A stretch of DNA of 63,827 nt, the filler included, from Choristocarpus tenellus KU-1152 (Eukaryota; Protista; Phaeophyceae): NCBI GenBank assembly GCA_964200185.2. It is 11 parts of 11 records of this genome, joined end to end, with 100 filler letters (N's around TTAATTAATTAA, not from the genome) between each part and the next. Parts side by side here need not be neighbours in the genome. Positions count along the whole stretch, not along the records: positions 49,897 to 53,487 come from CAXNAD020019074.1; positions 53,588 to 59,602 come from CAXNAD020009162.1; positions 59,703 to 63,827 come from CAXNAD020016091.1; 8 more parts are not named here. The stretch is one strand, 5' to 3'. The number at the start of each line of letters is the position of its first letter. Positions within the stretch are counted from its first letter, which is position 1. The translations under genes and the position numbers were made by a program. Below the pieces are notes generated by a model, which saw nothing but the letters and a program-made list of their open reading frames with translations, made no database searches and was not told the origin of the DNA. Positions 49,966 through 61,900 of the stretch are shown piece after piece.

Positions 49966-52535
49966 GTTGTCATTGTCTCTCCCCCTCTCCTCCTGAGCCA
50001 GTCCATACCCCCTTTGCTGCTTCCGTTCAAGAGCCAACTCTTCTTCCCCCCCGCTCAGGTTGCCCCATTCCCTGTCATCATCAAACCCCCGTTCCCCTCT
50101 CCCAACCCCCCCCTCACTCCCACTCACTAGCGTACGATTCTCACTCACCTCTCCAGTTGCCACTTCCCCCTTCCCCACCGCTGATGACTGTGGTGGAGGT
50201 AGGGAGGATGGAGGTGGTGGAGGCGGCGGGGGGGGAGGGGGTGGTTCTGCCAGCAATCTTTTCAGGTAAGCACTCCCTTCCTCTTCATGGTCAAGCTCAT
50301 CCCTAGCACCGCCACCCTCCCCTTCTTTTGATGAGAAGGGTCTACACGAATCAGTGTCAGCTTTTCTCACCCCCCTACCACTACCACCATCTCCCACCAT
50401 CCATCGGTTTAGGCCCCAATTTTCACCATCCATGGCAATGTAGTCCTCTGCACTTGCTTGCCAACCCCCTCTCTCCTCAACCTCACCCACATTGTCTAAG
50501 CCCCCCTCATTTCCAAGGTATCTCCCATCCCACCCCCCTCCCATCCCTACTCCCACCTCTGGCACAAGAACTGATGCTGACCTGGCCCCACCACCAGCAG
50601 AACGTTCTGCATCAGCCTTGGTTCCGACCCTTGACCCAGCTTCAGCACTTTCCCCAGAGCCATCCCCCGCCCCAGTCCGATTGCTGAGCTTGTTGCCAGT
50701 ATATCGCCCTTCAATCCCTTCATGATTTTCTTGTAGACCTGACTCTACAAATGACTTGTATCGACCTGCCCCGGGACCATTACCTCTGTTGGCATCTGCC
50801 TGCCAGGCAAGGTAGCTGTGCCATGCGCACCATATCGATAGCACATGTGTGAAAGCCCAGCCATGTATGGAAGGAAAAAAACAGATGATGGTGTGGGGAA
50901 TGGGAAGGATTGCAGAAGGGGTGTTTCCTGGAAGGATTATTGCTCAATGGAAAATGACTTACAGGGTGAAGGAGAGTGTGATGCAATCCGACAGGAGGTT
51001 GTGCTGGTGAGGGGCTGAGCCTCACAAGATGCAGTGTTGTGATGAAAGAGTCAAGAGTACCTAAAGTCACAGGGGAGCTGCCCAATAACCAAGATGATGG
51101 ATATCAGAGGTCAGACTTTGGTAGAAACATGTGAATCAGCAGCCAAATTGAAGGGGACAAATAGCTACAAAAGGCAAGTAACTCTCTTTCTTATGGCCTC
51201 TGAAAGTTACATCATCTAAACAGTTTGGGGTATACTACTATCAAAGCAGGGACCCAACAAGGTGCCTGCTCTACCAATACTCCCCTTTCATAAACACACC
51301 ACTGCTCACCCATTATGTTCTGCACCATCAAAGCCCAGTCCATCTTCCCACATCACCGAACGGAAGAACCTGTCACTTTTGACACCACCCTCGTCTCCAA
51401 CCTTCCCTCCTTCTATCCACTCCTCACTTCCTTCCTGCCCTTCTCCTATACCCCCCTCCTGCCCACCTTCTACTTCCAATCTTTCCTCTCGTAAATTTGC
51501 CCTCTCCTGCTCCTCCCTCAATACATGCTGTTCCAGCTCATGAAACTCACGAACAGCCAACGCTTCAGCCTGCTCTTCTGCAAGGCCACTGACACCTCCA
51601 CCAGCAGCAGGGGGTATACCCATTGACAGGTGGTTGAGCTCCGCGCCTCCAGAACAGGTAGTTGCGAACGAAACATTATTGACGGAGTCTGCATCACCTC
51701 CATGATCCCCACCCTTTCCCTTCCAACTGGAGGCAGAGAAATGTAAGCCACCGCCACTGTCCACAACGCCTCCTGTAATTACACGCTCAGCGAGGTTTTG
51801 CTTTGTGGGCTCTGATCTTGGCCTCTGCGACTTGGCAGCGCTCCTAGGTGTTTGTGATGATTGTGGCACTGAGGGAGTGGGACGTTCCCCCCCTGGAGAC
51901 AACTTCACCGACAAAATCTTAGCCTGTGCTTCCTTCATCTGCCTCTCTCCTTGCTCTATCAACTCATCCAGGGAAAGATTCTTACCAGTATTTCCACGGA
52001 CGGGCTGGTCCTCGAGTTCGCTTGACACCGGCAAGGCTCCGAATGACCGTTCATCGCTCCCTCCGCCCTGATCAATGCCATTACTAACTCCTTCCACCGC
52101 GCCATCATCTACCCAAGATGGATTTGCTACACGTGCTTCACCACCCCTCCAATCACGACCCGCGATGGCCTCGCTGTCATAGCCCCTCTGACCCAAATAT
52201 TGGGGAGGATCGCCGCCTCTGCTTCCGTCGAGTCTCTCTCTACCGTTCCCGTCAAATTCGACATGATCATACTCACCTTCCTCAAAAATACCGAACTGCT
52301 TGTCAACTACTTGTCCTTCCCATTCCCTCCCTCCAATGCCGTTGTGGGGTTGGTTCCCTTCACCAGCGTAGTCACCATCATCCTCATGTCCAGTGTACCG
52401 GTCAACAGATTGCTGGTCAAGGTGATCATATCCGCTGGCATCAAGCACATCATCATGGGCACTATTCCCTCCCAATGGAGAGATGAAAACGCTGTGCGAT
52501 GAAAGGAGGTCTTCAAAAGGATCCAACGCCGACAT
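49897..52535 (-). CDS. Large low-complexity protein, probable SAS-4/CPAP (CENPJ)-like N-terminus; exons 52535-51310, 50815-49897 (truncated)
   Basis: 409-aa ORF plus a phase-2 intron (gg|gtgagc..cacag|c). NLSLDELIEQGERQMKE resembles the PN2-3 helix and EALAVREFHELEQHV resembles the ExxELxEFxxLE motif of SAS-4. Coding status is likely; the family call is tentative because the TCP domain is not in the contig. Confidence 0.55.
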
Positions 52536-52974
52536 CGTCCAAAAAAGAGGTGCCTGCTACCCCTCAACCCACGCCTAGAAAATACCGTGAGAGACCATTG
52601 TGCATTCGATGCAGGCAGCAAGGACAAGCGAGGGGCTAACAATTTCCATGCGTACAAGAACAATGCAGCTCAGATGAAAAACTGCGAGAGCACTGGTAGA
52701 CGAACGCACGGTATCGCTCAAGGGAATATGTAATGTTTGTTTTGGGATTCAAACCTTGTGTGTTAACAACCTTCCACGGTGTAGAAGACCATACAATTAT
52801 CTTATCCTTCATTCCTCCCCTCCGCTCTCTTTACACCAATAACTAAAGTTGAATCATTATTACAAAAATACTGGTAGTAGTTAGGGTTAGTGGTGGTGGG
52901 TAGGTAGGTAGCAGACCAGACCACATAATAATAAATAGTTTCTTAACTCACACAACAGAATATATTTTATCGAA

Positions 52975-53341
52975 TTATCGGACCTCTTCCTTACCCCTGT
53001 GTGCTCCACACTGAAGTCATTCCCCCCTTTATATCTAAGTACTTGATTGTATACCACAAAAAGGGGCTGTCAAGCCCTCTCAAGTATGGTTTCATCATAC
53101 TCCTCATACTGTTTCTCACTGATCTTCACTATCTCCTCGATGGACCCAAACCACTCCCTCATCACCCAGCATTTCAAAGACCTGAAGAAGCACAGGACCA
53201 TGATATTGAGGTCGGGGGAGTTAGATGGCTGCGTCACAACCCTAATCGACCACCCCTCGGTCTTCCCTACCCCTGACAAGATTTCTGAGTTGCCCTTGCC
53301 CGTGTGGGGGGTAGCACCGTCTTGGTGAACGACAACGTGCT
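52975..53341 (-). mobile_element. Plant-type mariner (DD39D-like) transposase pseudogene, C-terminal part
   Basis: HQDGATPH...GWSIRVVTQPSNSPDLNIMVLCFFRSLK matches QQDNAxxH...GxxIxLxxQPPNSPDxNxLDLGFF. The third Asp is mutated to V, there is an in-frame stop, and MITE A interrupts it at 53342. Confidence 0.85.
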
Positions 53342-53487
53342 GAGTCAAAGTATCTTAGACGGTAGAGTCGCGTCCTTTTTGTGGCCAAAATCCAATGTTG
53401 TGATTTTGATGTAATTTTAGCTACCGTATTTTTCAGGAAGTGTCATTATCCATGTTTCGGACACACCTTTTCATAATGTATACATTT
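53342..53487 (+). mobile_element. MITE family A (truncated by contig end), inserted in the mariner
   Basis: GAGTCAAAGTATCTTAGACGGTAGAG... Confidence 0.9.
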
Positions 53488-53849
53488 NNNNNNNNNNNNN
53501 NNNNNNNNNNNNNNNNNNNNNNNNNNNNNNNTTAATTAATTAANNNNNNNNNNNNNNNNNNNNNNNNNNNNNNNNNNNNNNNNNNNNCGATGATCAGTCG
53601 GACCCAATGGCACCCCTTCTCCCTCATTAAAGCCTCATCTTCGACAGAGGAGCACCCATCTGCTGTCTTCTTTGCAGAAGCGGTGAGGATGCGTTATAAA
53701 GAAACTCAGCCTCAAGGGAGGAGAAACGTATGTATTTTGCAGTTGACGAATGTGCTGAAGAATTGTTGGTGGATGATTCTTGTGGTTGCACATAGTATGT
53801 TCGAAATAGAGTCATATCACCAAGAATCCCAATTTCGGCAACCAAGCTC

Positions 53850-54107
53850 GAGCCAAAGTATCTTAGAGGGTAGAGCCGTGTCCATTTGGGGCCAAAATCC
53901 AATGTTGCGATTATGATGTAATTTTTGCCCTTTTGTTTGTTAGGAAGTGTCAATATCCATGTTCTGGGCACATGTTTTCATTACGCACACAATTTACCTA
54001 CTCCTAAACATTTTGGAGTAGGAAAATGTTATTAAAAACCCCATGGGAAGCCAAGCCCCAACTGGACAAACAGGGCAAAACTCGTACCCTCTAAGATCAT
54101 TTCACTC
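53850..54107 (+). mobile_element. MITE family A copy
   Basis: GAGCCAAAGTATCTTAGAGGGTA...TACCCTCTAAGATCATTTCACTC. Confidence 0.9.
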
Positions 54108-55020
54108 CTTCATTTATTTTATGTTGTTGGTTGGAATGATCTTTGTCCGTGCTGTTGTATATCAAATTTGGCATCAACACCTACCAACAACACCGAAGGG
54201 GTCAACATGGTGGAAGAAGTTCAAAGGATATGTCAGGTTCACTACTTCCTTTCCAGTCCCATCAGCACGTGCCTCATTTTACTCTGCACTTCCAATCCCC
54301 AAATTTCACACTCCTTTGAAGGTGGGAGATTGGACCAAGGGACTCTTTCTCCTAGAGCTAAAACAGCCGCGCTTGCCCCTGTGGGTCTCTGCCCCATTGC
54401 CCAGTGTGTTTGATCGAACTCTCTACTACGAAAATGGTAAGAATGGGAATAGTACTCCAGTTCAGCATTTATGAGATGCCGCTAGATATATTTATGTATG
54501 TCTTATGCTACAAGTTCAATTCAACCTATAGGTACACCTCAACATGAGCAATGGTACCTTCATTACGCCATCAGTGCTATCAAACCACACCTGGTACTGG
54601 AACAACATCACAGAGGGCCCCCCCCACAAAATTTCCTACTAGTGTCCCTTGTCCTAATGATTGCCCGTGCCCTAACCGTTCTTGACAGTGCTACTGATTG
54701 GGACCGGAGTAGGAATCACACCTGCCATCTCTGTCATCGAAAGGTGACTAGAGTATGGGTCATATATATTTGATGAAGCTGAACCGTTACAGCTGGTGTG
54801 GCTCGCACTTTGAATCACTAGTACTGCTTCATCCTATTGTAACTCCTCTAAATGGTTTGATCTACGTATGTGATACTGAGGGTGGCAGGGACTCGGTAAT
54901 TTATTCTTCCACGGCCCCTAGTTTGCCGTAGAGATGAAATTCTATTACTGTAATTTTGTTCCCACACCATCCTTCACCCTATCATGGCAAAGCTGCTCTT
55001 CTTTGCTTCAGCTTGACAAG

Positions 55021-56078
55021 AGGAGTCACATCTTGCACACAACAAGACATTGTTTGATTTCCTAGCTATTGATAGAGAAACTATACTCCAGTTACAACAA
55101 ATTCACCAGGATCTATTTAACACTGCCTTGATTAATTTGGGCAGGTACGCTTCCAGCAAGAAGCTTCACCTGTTATGGATGGTGCGTGATGCAGGCCTGG
55201 TTACCTTTGTTGAGAAACATGTGCGTTAGAGGCGGGTGGGGGGAGAGGGTAGGTAGGATCAACCTATCTTTGGGCTTGCTTCCCTCAGTGTGTGGTGTAT
55301 GGAAGCTTCTGTTTCTTGTTGCCTTCATCATGTTATGATCATTATATGATGCATCTAACGTATCACTGGTGTATTGCAGTATACTCCTATGTACAACTGT
55401 AGATTGATTTGGAAAACACTCAAACGCCAGAGATGCTACTGGCGCTATGCATCTTGTTTTTGTTGTCATGTGAAGTACCCACCATCCTCGATTAGGTATA
55501 TTCTTCTTTGATAGTCGCTCACGCATATTTATATGTATCCTGTTTTTTGCAGGTTCTTAAATCATATCATTCTTCCCAAGCATTTCTCACACCTAGATAT
55601 GGAAGGTACTCTTTGGAACAGCAACACCTGGATACCCACCAATAAACGATGACATTCACAACAAATCACCAAGCTATATTTCCTTTTCCAACGAATCTAC
55701 CCACCGATCCTTCTACCCACCCCTGGTTCAGCTGCATCGGGTGAAGAGCACAGTTCATGTGACAGGAAACCCAAGTCAAAAGGTTATTGAGGAACTAGAG
55801 GAGATATTTAGCGTATGCTCAACGAAGAACAATACAAATGTAAGTGCTGACTCTCTCCCACAGTAACCACTAGTTTGATATTTGACATGCTGCGGCCACT
55901 CAAGACTCAAACACAAACGTGTAACAGACGTAGTTAAGGTATGAAAGATAGACACTTCCAAATAGCTGTTGCCAAATCATATTTCGAAGGCCTGAATAGT
56001 ATTCTTGATTCCTTGTTTGTTGCAACAGAGGGCACAGGTCAGGGTGCAGGTGGAGTTGTATGCACTTTCAGAACTTGA
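55021..56078 (+). CDS. 3' exons of an unknown protein (55021/55023-55144, 55553-55605, 56029-56078), not in the ORF track
   Basis: Phase-compatible GT-AG splicing gives ESHLAHNKTLFDFLAIDRETILQLQQIHQDLFNTALINLGR-FLNHIILPKHFSHLDME-EGTGQGAGGVVCTFRT*. Confidence 0.55.
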
Positions 56079-56687
56079 ATCCCTGGCGTGAGCAAAGAGG
56101 TTTACCGTCGCTGCTGCATGTACACATGAGCAGTAGTAAGATGTTATGCTCAAGGGAGATTCTAGATCATTTTATTCGCATTTCTTAATCAGACGGTCTT
56201 ATCATTCTCTGAACTACTCCAGTATAGTTATCGTTTGCCTCTTACATATTTACAGGGTTCACCATAAACAGTAGTTACAGACATATCCTGGCTTACACCA
56301 CTCCCATTTCGAAAAACATGTATAGAAATATTTGACATTCTTCTGCTTTGATTGGGCTCGAACCTACCGACAATAGATTACTTTTCTTGGCGGTAAATTT
56401 TTTTTTTTTAAAGTTTGGTTGATGGATTGACGGATGGTGAATAGGTGAAGAAGGATACCCTTGACTGTTTTTTGGAGGGAGAGAGTTGATGGTTAGAGAA
56501 GATACGGCAGAAAATGATCGAATCTCTTTGCAAAAGTGGGTTTGTAGTGGAGTGAAGAACTAACTGATGAGTTTCTCCCCACGTAACAAAAATATTTTGG
56601 ATATACTTATCATTCCTTTCGTCACCAGATGTTATGCTGGGTTCTTGCGATACCTATAGTGTTTGCAGTTGCCTCTAGGATCGGACA

Positions 56688-56980
56688 GATCTTGATTTTT
56701 TTTAAGGTTGCCTAACGAGTTCAACCACAATCAGCATATCGATTGAAAGCTCTTGATCTAAGCTATCGAGTTTCGGAAAGGAATTCTTCGGCAAAAATAT
56801 GTTGATAATGTCTTCGGCAAAACCTTGAAAATGTTCGTGGACGAGTTATCCCGACCAAAAATATTTTTGGTGAAGAATTTCTTTCTGGAAATCGATAGCT
56901 TAGATCAAGAGCTTTTATTGAATATGCTCTGATAGTGTATTAACTCGTTGGGCAACTCTTTCAAAAAAATATTAAGATTG
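56688..56980. mobile_element. Foldback/palindromic element with ~120-bp imperfect inverted arms
   Basis: ..GTTGCCTAACGAGTT..AAAGCTCTTGATCTAAGCTATCGA..GAATTCTTCGGCAAAAATAT is mirrored by ATATTTTTGGTGAAGAATT..TCGATAGCTTAGATCAAGAGCTTT..AACTCGTTGGGCAAC. Confidence 0.75.
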
Positions 56981-57847
56981 GTAACCTCCAAAACGATTCA
57001 TGGGCGGGCCTTGGCTTTACACTGTTTAAGCCACTCTCAGGACACTGTGACGCACAATGAGCTCCGAGATTTCGCCTGCCCCTCACCGGACACTGTGAAT
57101 TGAACCGGATAAAGATGGTCTGGGGGTGGGCGTAGCACTATATACGAGACCAATTTGACTATACATTTCCTGGAATGAGAGCCAACATTCCTGTCAGTCT
57201 TAAGGAGTAAGGGGGCCTGTCCGGAGTAAGTATGGAGAAGTTCTTCAGGAGGAGTATTGCTTACCACCTGATATATTCCAATGAGAAAGGCATGGAGTGC
57301 ACCAAATTGGACAGGGTGTACAAGACATTTAAGTCTCACGGGAGGCCTGGTCCCCCATGAATAAGCCTTAGTCAGCAGGTGACAACATCGCATAAACGGG
57401 AAATGATGGAAAGAGAATGGAGAGACAACAACGCCCATGTTCTCTGGGTAAAGATGACCTCTTCAGGCATCACAATCATCCTTAAATGCGCGGTTCGCCC
57501 GAACTGCCCGCGGGACTACTTGATTTAAGTATGGTTCTGCATTTCTCACGATTACTGCAAGTGTTGCCCAACCGAGACCCATCAAACAAGGTTAAGCATG
57601 CTGATGAGATTACAGCAAACGAATTTTCATGAAAAACATGTTGACCAAAAGTTATGGCGCGACAAAGTTGATGCAGGAGGCGACTGCCAACACTTTAGGG
57701 GACTAATAATATTTTCCGAAGTATTTTGATACATGAAATATGTATCTACCAACATAACGATTATTCTCCATGAATTTATTCTCGTATTGTATGAACTATG
57801 CAAAGTACAAATAAGAATTATTAGAGGGCAAAATAATACGGTGTAGC

Positions 57848-58023
57848 ATAGATAAAGTGTAGTAGTAAAATAGTTAATAGACTATTGTATAGATAAAGTG
57901 TAGTAGTAAAATAGTTAATAGACTATTGTATAGATAAAGTGTAGTAGTAAAATAGTTAATAGACTATTGTATAGATAAAGTGTAGTAGTAAAATAATTAA
58001 TCGATTATTGTATAGATAAAGTG
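57848..58023. repeat. 41-bp minisatellite, ~4.3 copies
   Basis: ATAGATAAAGTGTAGTAGTAAAATAGTTAATAGACTATTGT repeated. Confidence 0.95.
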
Positions 58024-58439
58024 AAAGTTTTGTCGGCGGAAGAATTCTGGTTGGCTGTGGCAGTGGAAAGAAAAAGAAGGAAGCAGGAAGAGAACGAATA
58101 GTTAGGAAGTGGAGAAGATTTAAATGGAAACTAGTGGCAGGGAAAGGATAGGAGCAGAGTTCAGTAAGTAATAAGAAGGCTGAGAAGTAGAGGTACAGGA
58201 CGAGAAGGGGAGACCAAGGCAACCTCCGAACAAGCTCTCCCGCCCACCTACCCTGTCGCTTGCTCACGACCGACAGGAACACTGGGAGAGGGGGGGGAGG
58301 GGAGGTCAAGGTACGGCGGGTTAGATGTCTTCTAGCTCAAAGGCACGGTTTGAAGTGGATCATGAAGGGGTGTTCTTGGATAATTGTGGAGTGGTGTTGA
58401 ATGGTGTGAGAACTGCTGTGGGGGTTGAGGGGAGTGGTA

Positions 58440-58940
58440 ACTTGTGTGGGTTGAAAGGATGGCTGGCAATCAGTGACGAAGGGCATTAGCAATGGTTGGT
58501 CATCAAATGGGGAATGGAGACTAGAGGAATGGCAAACAAGGAGTAAGCAAATAATAATAATAATACAGAATTCGTGAGCAAAACAAATGTCTTCAACATT
58601 ACGACAAATATATATGATTAGATATTATTATACCCTGATATTTTGTTAATCTATTTACTATTTTACTACCAGCTATGCTACACACCACTGCCTTCCTGAG
58701 CCTTCAACCTAGCTTAGTCGTGCAGCCCAGGGTGAGGAGCTAGGGAAGCATCCCAAGAATCTGACTAGCCCTCCTTGCCCATCTTCCCTGGTGGCTCCAG
58801 CTTAAAACGCATGACTCGTATAGAAAGAGCTACTTGTTTGGTGAGGACACTATCTGTCGTAGACGGGATTTGACAGCCCCGTTCCTGCTGTGCCCTCATG
58901 CTCCTCTCCCTCGTACTACGTGTGTAGCCAACTCATCCAA
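58440..58940. repeat. Dispersed repeat family E, second copy
   Basis: Collinear shared motifs with 15700-16110. Confidence 0.7.
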
Positions 58941-60265
58941 AAAAATGTTGGGGCTGTTTTTTTTATTATATTGGCGATGTACCTTACAACGTTGTACCGT
59001 TTTTACTACCTGGTTGGGACAAATATCCAACTTAGCCTTAAAATAAATACAATTATGCCCTCGGACATTTTGTAGACGTGCCAGGGGAAAAACCAATAAA
59101 AACCAGCCTCAAAATCGTCAGCCTGAAGATTTTCTGGTCATAGTACTATGGTACTACGCACTAGGTCTTCTCATCACCAATTTCTCACTGAGGTACATGT
59201 CTGTATGAAGGATGAAAGAGGCATGCTCAACGTCCAGGGGTGCAGAGTTGAAGAACACCCGGAATCCTTCATCTATATGCCCTGTGCGGAAAAATTGTGC
59301 ATGTGATTAATACAGCAACTCGATGTGCCAGGCAGGGTGTTGATGCACAGTCATTGTCTTGATAGTGCATTTTAGGGGTGATAATTTTGTTGCAAACTGG
59401 ATTGAGCTCTGCTATTTGAGCTCTAGACTCTAGTGGGCACTATCAGTTTTGACCTCGACTAGGAATCTTGCAACCCTCAACTCACTAACAAGAAATCGTG
59501 TAATTTTTACTGGTTACAAGAAAATATTGACCCAAAGTATCTGGGAGGGGGGGAGGGGTCTACATCAGGGTGTCCATTTGGGCCAAAATCAGGAAAAGTG
59601 CANNNNNNNNNNNNNNNNNNNNNNNNNNNNNNNNNNNNNNNNNNNNTTAATTAATTAANNNNNNNNNNNNNNNNNNNNNNNNNNNNNNNNNNNNNNNNNN
59701 NNCCCCCAAGATACTTTGACCCTCCGATCATGATAGGATAAGGAGTAACATCATATTTCCTTGTTCAACTGCCTGTTCATCACATCGAAGCAGTTATGCT
59801 TCACGCTGGGAACGCATGTCATAGACAACGGGTCTGATTGGAGGTTTCATAAATGCTATTATGACCTTGAATTCCGCGATTTTGTATTTTTTTACTTCTC
59901 GACTATTTATTTACTATTTTATCATTCTAAGGCCTTACGTTTGCCATGCATGTTTGTTCAGTCCTTCTTATATACCTCAATTCAAAGCAATAAAGAGGTC
60001 AAAGTATGTTGAATAGCTGTGCGCAGGAAAGGCTGGCCACCAGAAGCTGCTGGTGGGTTACATGGTGAACACACACTGGATATTAATTATCCGCTGGGCC
60101 TTTGTCTTGGCCATCCATTATCTCTTTACGTATGGGCAAAGACTGACCCATCATCCCGCTATGTACGTTACTACTCTGTATTGTACCGAACTAAAGATGA
60201 ATGTACATGAAACTGTGTTGTATGCTTGTGTCAGCACACGCAATGGAAGTATAGCACTAGTCATT

Positions 60266-60704
60266 TGACAAAGTAAACGTGAGGTACCCAGAGTTGCATT
60301 GAAAGGATGCTGACAAACTTGTGAAAATTCGACCTTTATTACAAGTATAGGTAGGATACTTTCAGATTTCAGTCAAAAATTTCAAACTATAGAGAATTAA
60401 AAGCCCTCAAAGTTCAAAAACTTAGAATTTCATCCATGGAAATGGCTCAAAGTATCTGGGGGGAGTGGCGGCTGTCCATTTGATGCCAATTTTTTCATGT
60501 CGCGATTTTTGGGTGATTTGATTGCATACGTCGGATGGATAATGTAAGTGCACTTTTCCTGGTTATTGTCCTAACGGACACCCTGGTGTAGACCCCCCCC
60601 ACCCCCCCAGATACTTCGGGTCAATATGGGTGAATTACAAAAGATAAAAATGTAGTATAATACGAAACGCCCAAAACCTGGGTACCTCTCGATTCCTTTT
60701 ACTC
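60266..60704 (-). mobile_element. MITE family C with nested MITE family B (60444-60622, TSD AAT)
   Basis: Removing 60444-60625 restores CATCCATGGAAATATGGGTGAATT, which matches the uninterrupted paralogues at ~17462 and ~26060. Confidence 0.9.
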
Positions 60705-60749
60705 TAAGTGAAAACGAATGTGAGAAATCCATCATATCTGCTGACAATT

Positions 60750-61900
60750 CCATTATGGAGGCCTCTATTAGCCTCGCCTTCAGCCAACAGGCTTTTTTCT
60801 TATTGGAGCTACATAATTTCATCATGGTAACCTTGCGACCGTTTTGTAAAACATTTGGTTAGTGCTGTTAAGATTGTCGTAAAGACCTGGTGCATCCAGG
60901 TCATAGATCTTTTTGTACGCTAGATGAACAGGAGATTTCGGTACATCCTCAGGAAGTATTCCATCCTGAGCTTCCTGCCAATCTGCTGCTCGAAGTTCAT
61001 GGCGTGTTAGGTTAGTTTACGAAAAATAGTTGAAAAAGGTATGTAGGACTAAGTATGGTATTATTGCATGATGCCTAGGATACTGTAAGGCACGTGTTGA
61101 AATATCGTCATCTTCCTTTTCAAGGTTGAGGTGAGGCCCACATGGAGCATGTACTAAGCTTCAATCACGTCTACCCCGGTAGCACATTGTACTTGTAGAA
61201 TGCATCGAGAAGATGGAGACCTCTAAAGTCCACCTGCGACAAAATTGTGTGTGAAAAAGGTATGTAGGACTAAGTATGGTATGATTGCATGATGCCTAGG
61301 ATACTGTAAGGCACGTGTTGAAATATCGTCATCTTCCATTTCAAGGTTGAGGTGAGACCCACATGGAGCATGTACTAAGCTTCAATCACGTCTACCCCGG
61401 TAGCACATTGTACTTGTAGAATGCATCGAGAAGATGGAGACCTCTAAAGTCCACCTGCGACAAAATTGTGTGTGAAGTACAGGAAGAATTCAGAATAATC
61501 AATTTCCTCACTGGTGGGTGTATAAGAAAATGTACACATTTCTGTATGTAGCCTACAACTACCTTTACGCCTGAAAAGGGAAAATGAATGGAGTTATGTA
61601 CAATAGTGCCATTCATGTCACACGTACTCACCTTGTTGTCAGCCCTTTTTTTGTGCCTCCACATGCGGAGAAGGTAGTGCTGGAATTGAGCTGAACATTG
61701 GTTGCCTTTGCATGAGCATAAGGGACACATGGTAACGGTGAAGGTTGTTGGGGGCGATAAGAAATAGCAGAGGAGGTTGGACCACCTACATAATGCATAT
61801 GGCACTCAAGACAGAAAATGGGGAAGGTTCCGATTCTTCCGTGGATTGGTGCAGAGGAAGACAGCTATTGCCACCCTGTCGAGTAACGTTTTCTTGTCCT
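60750..61900 (+). mobile_element. Degraded piggyBac-like transposase remnant with internal 221-bp tandem duplication (61031-61476)
   Basis: LRPFCKTF..HPGHRSFCTLDEQ (cf. KxRP..YxPG..xVDEQ) and RRLDHLHNAYGTQDRKWGRFRFF (cf. VDxxDQ..Y..RKxxKW..xFF). The duplication is seen directly; the family call is tentative. Confidence 0.4.

Noticed and set aside
20501-52535. Apparent cluster of centriole/flagellar genes (C2CD3, MORN, mastigoneme, SAS-4-like)
   Set aside because: Each gene lies on a different concatenated contig, so adjacency is an artefact.
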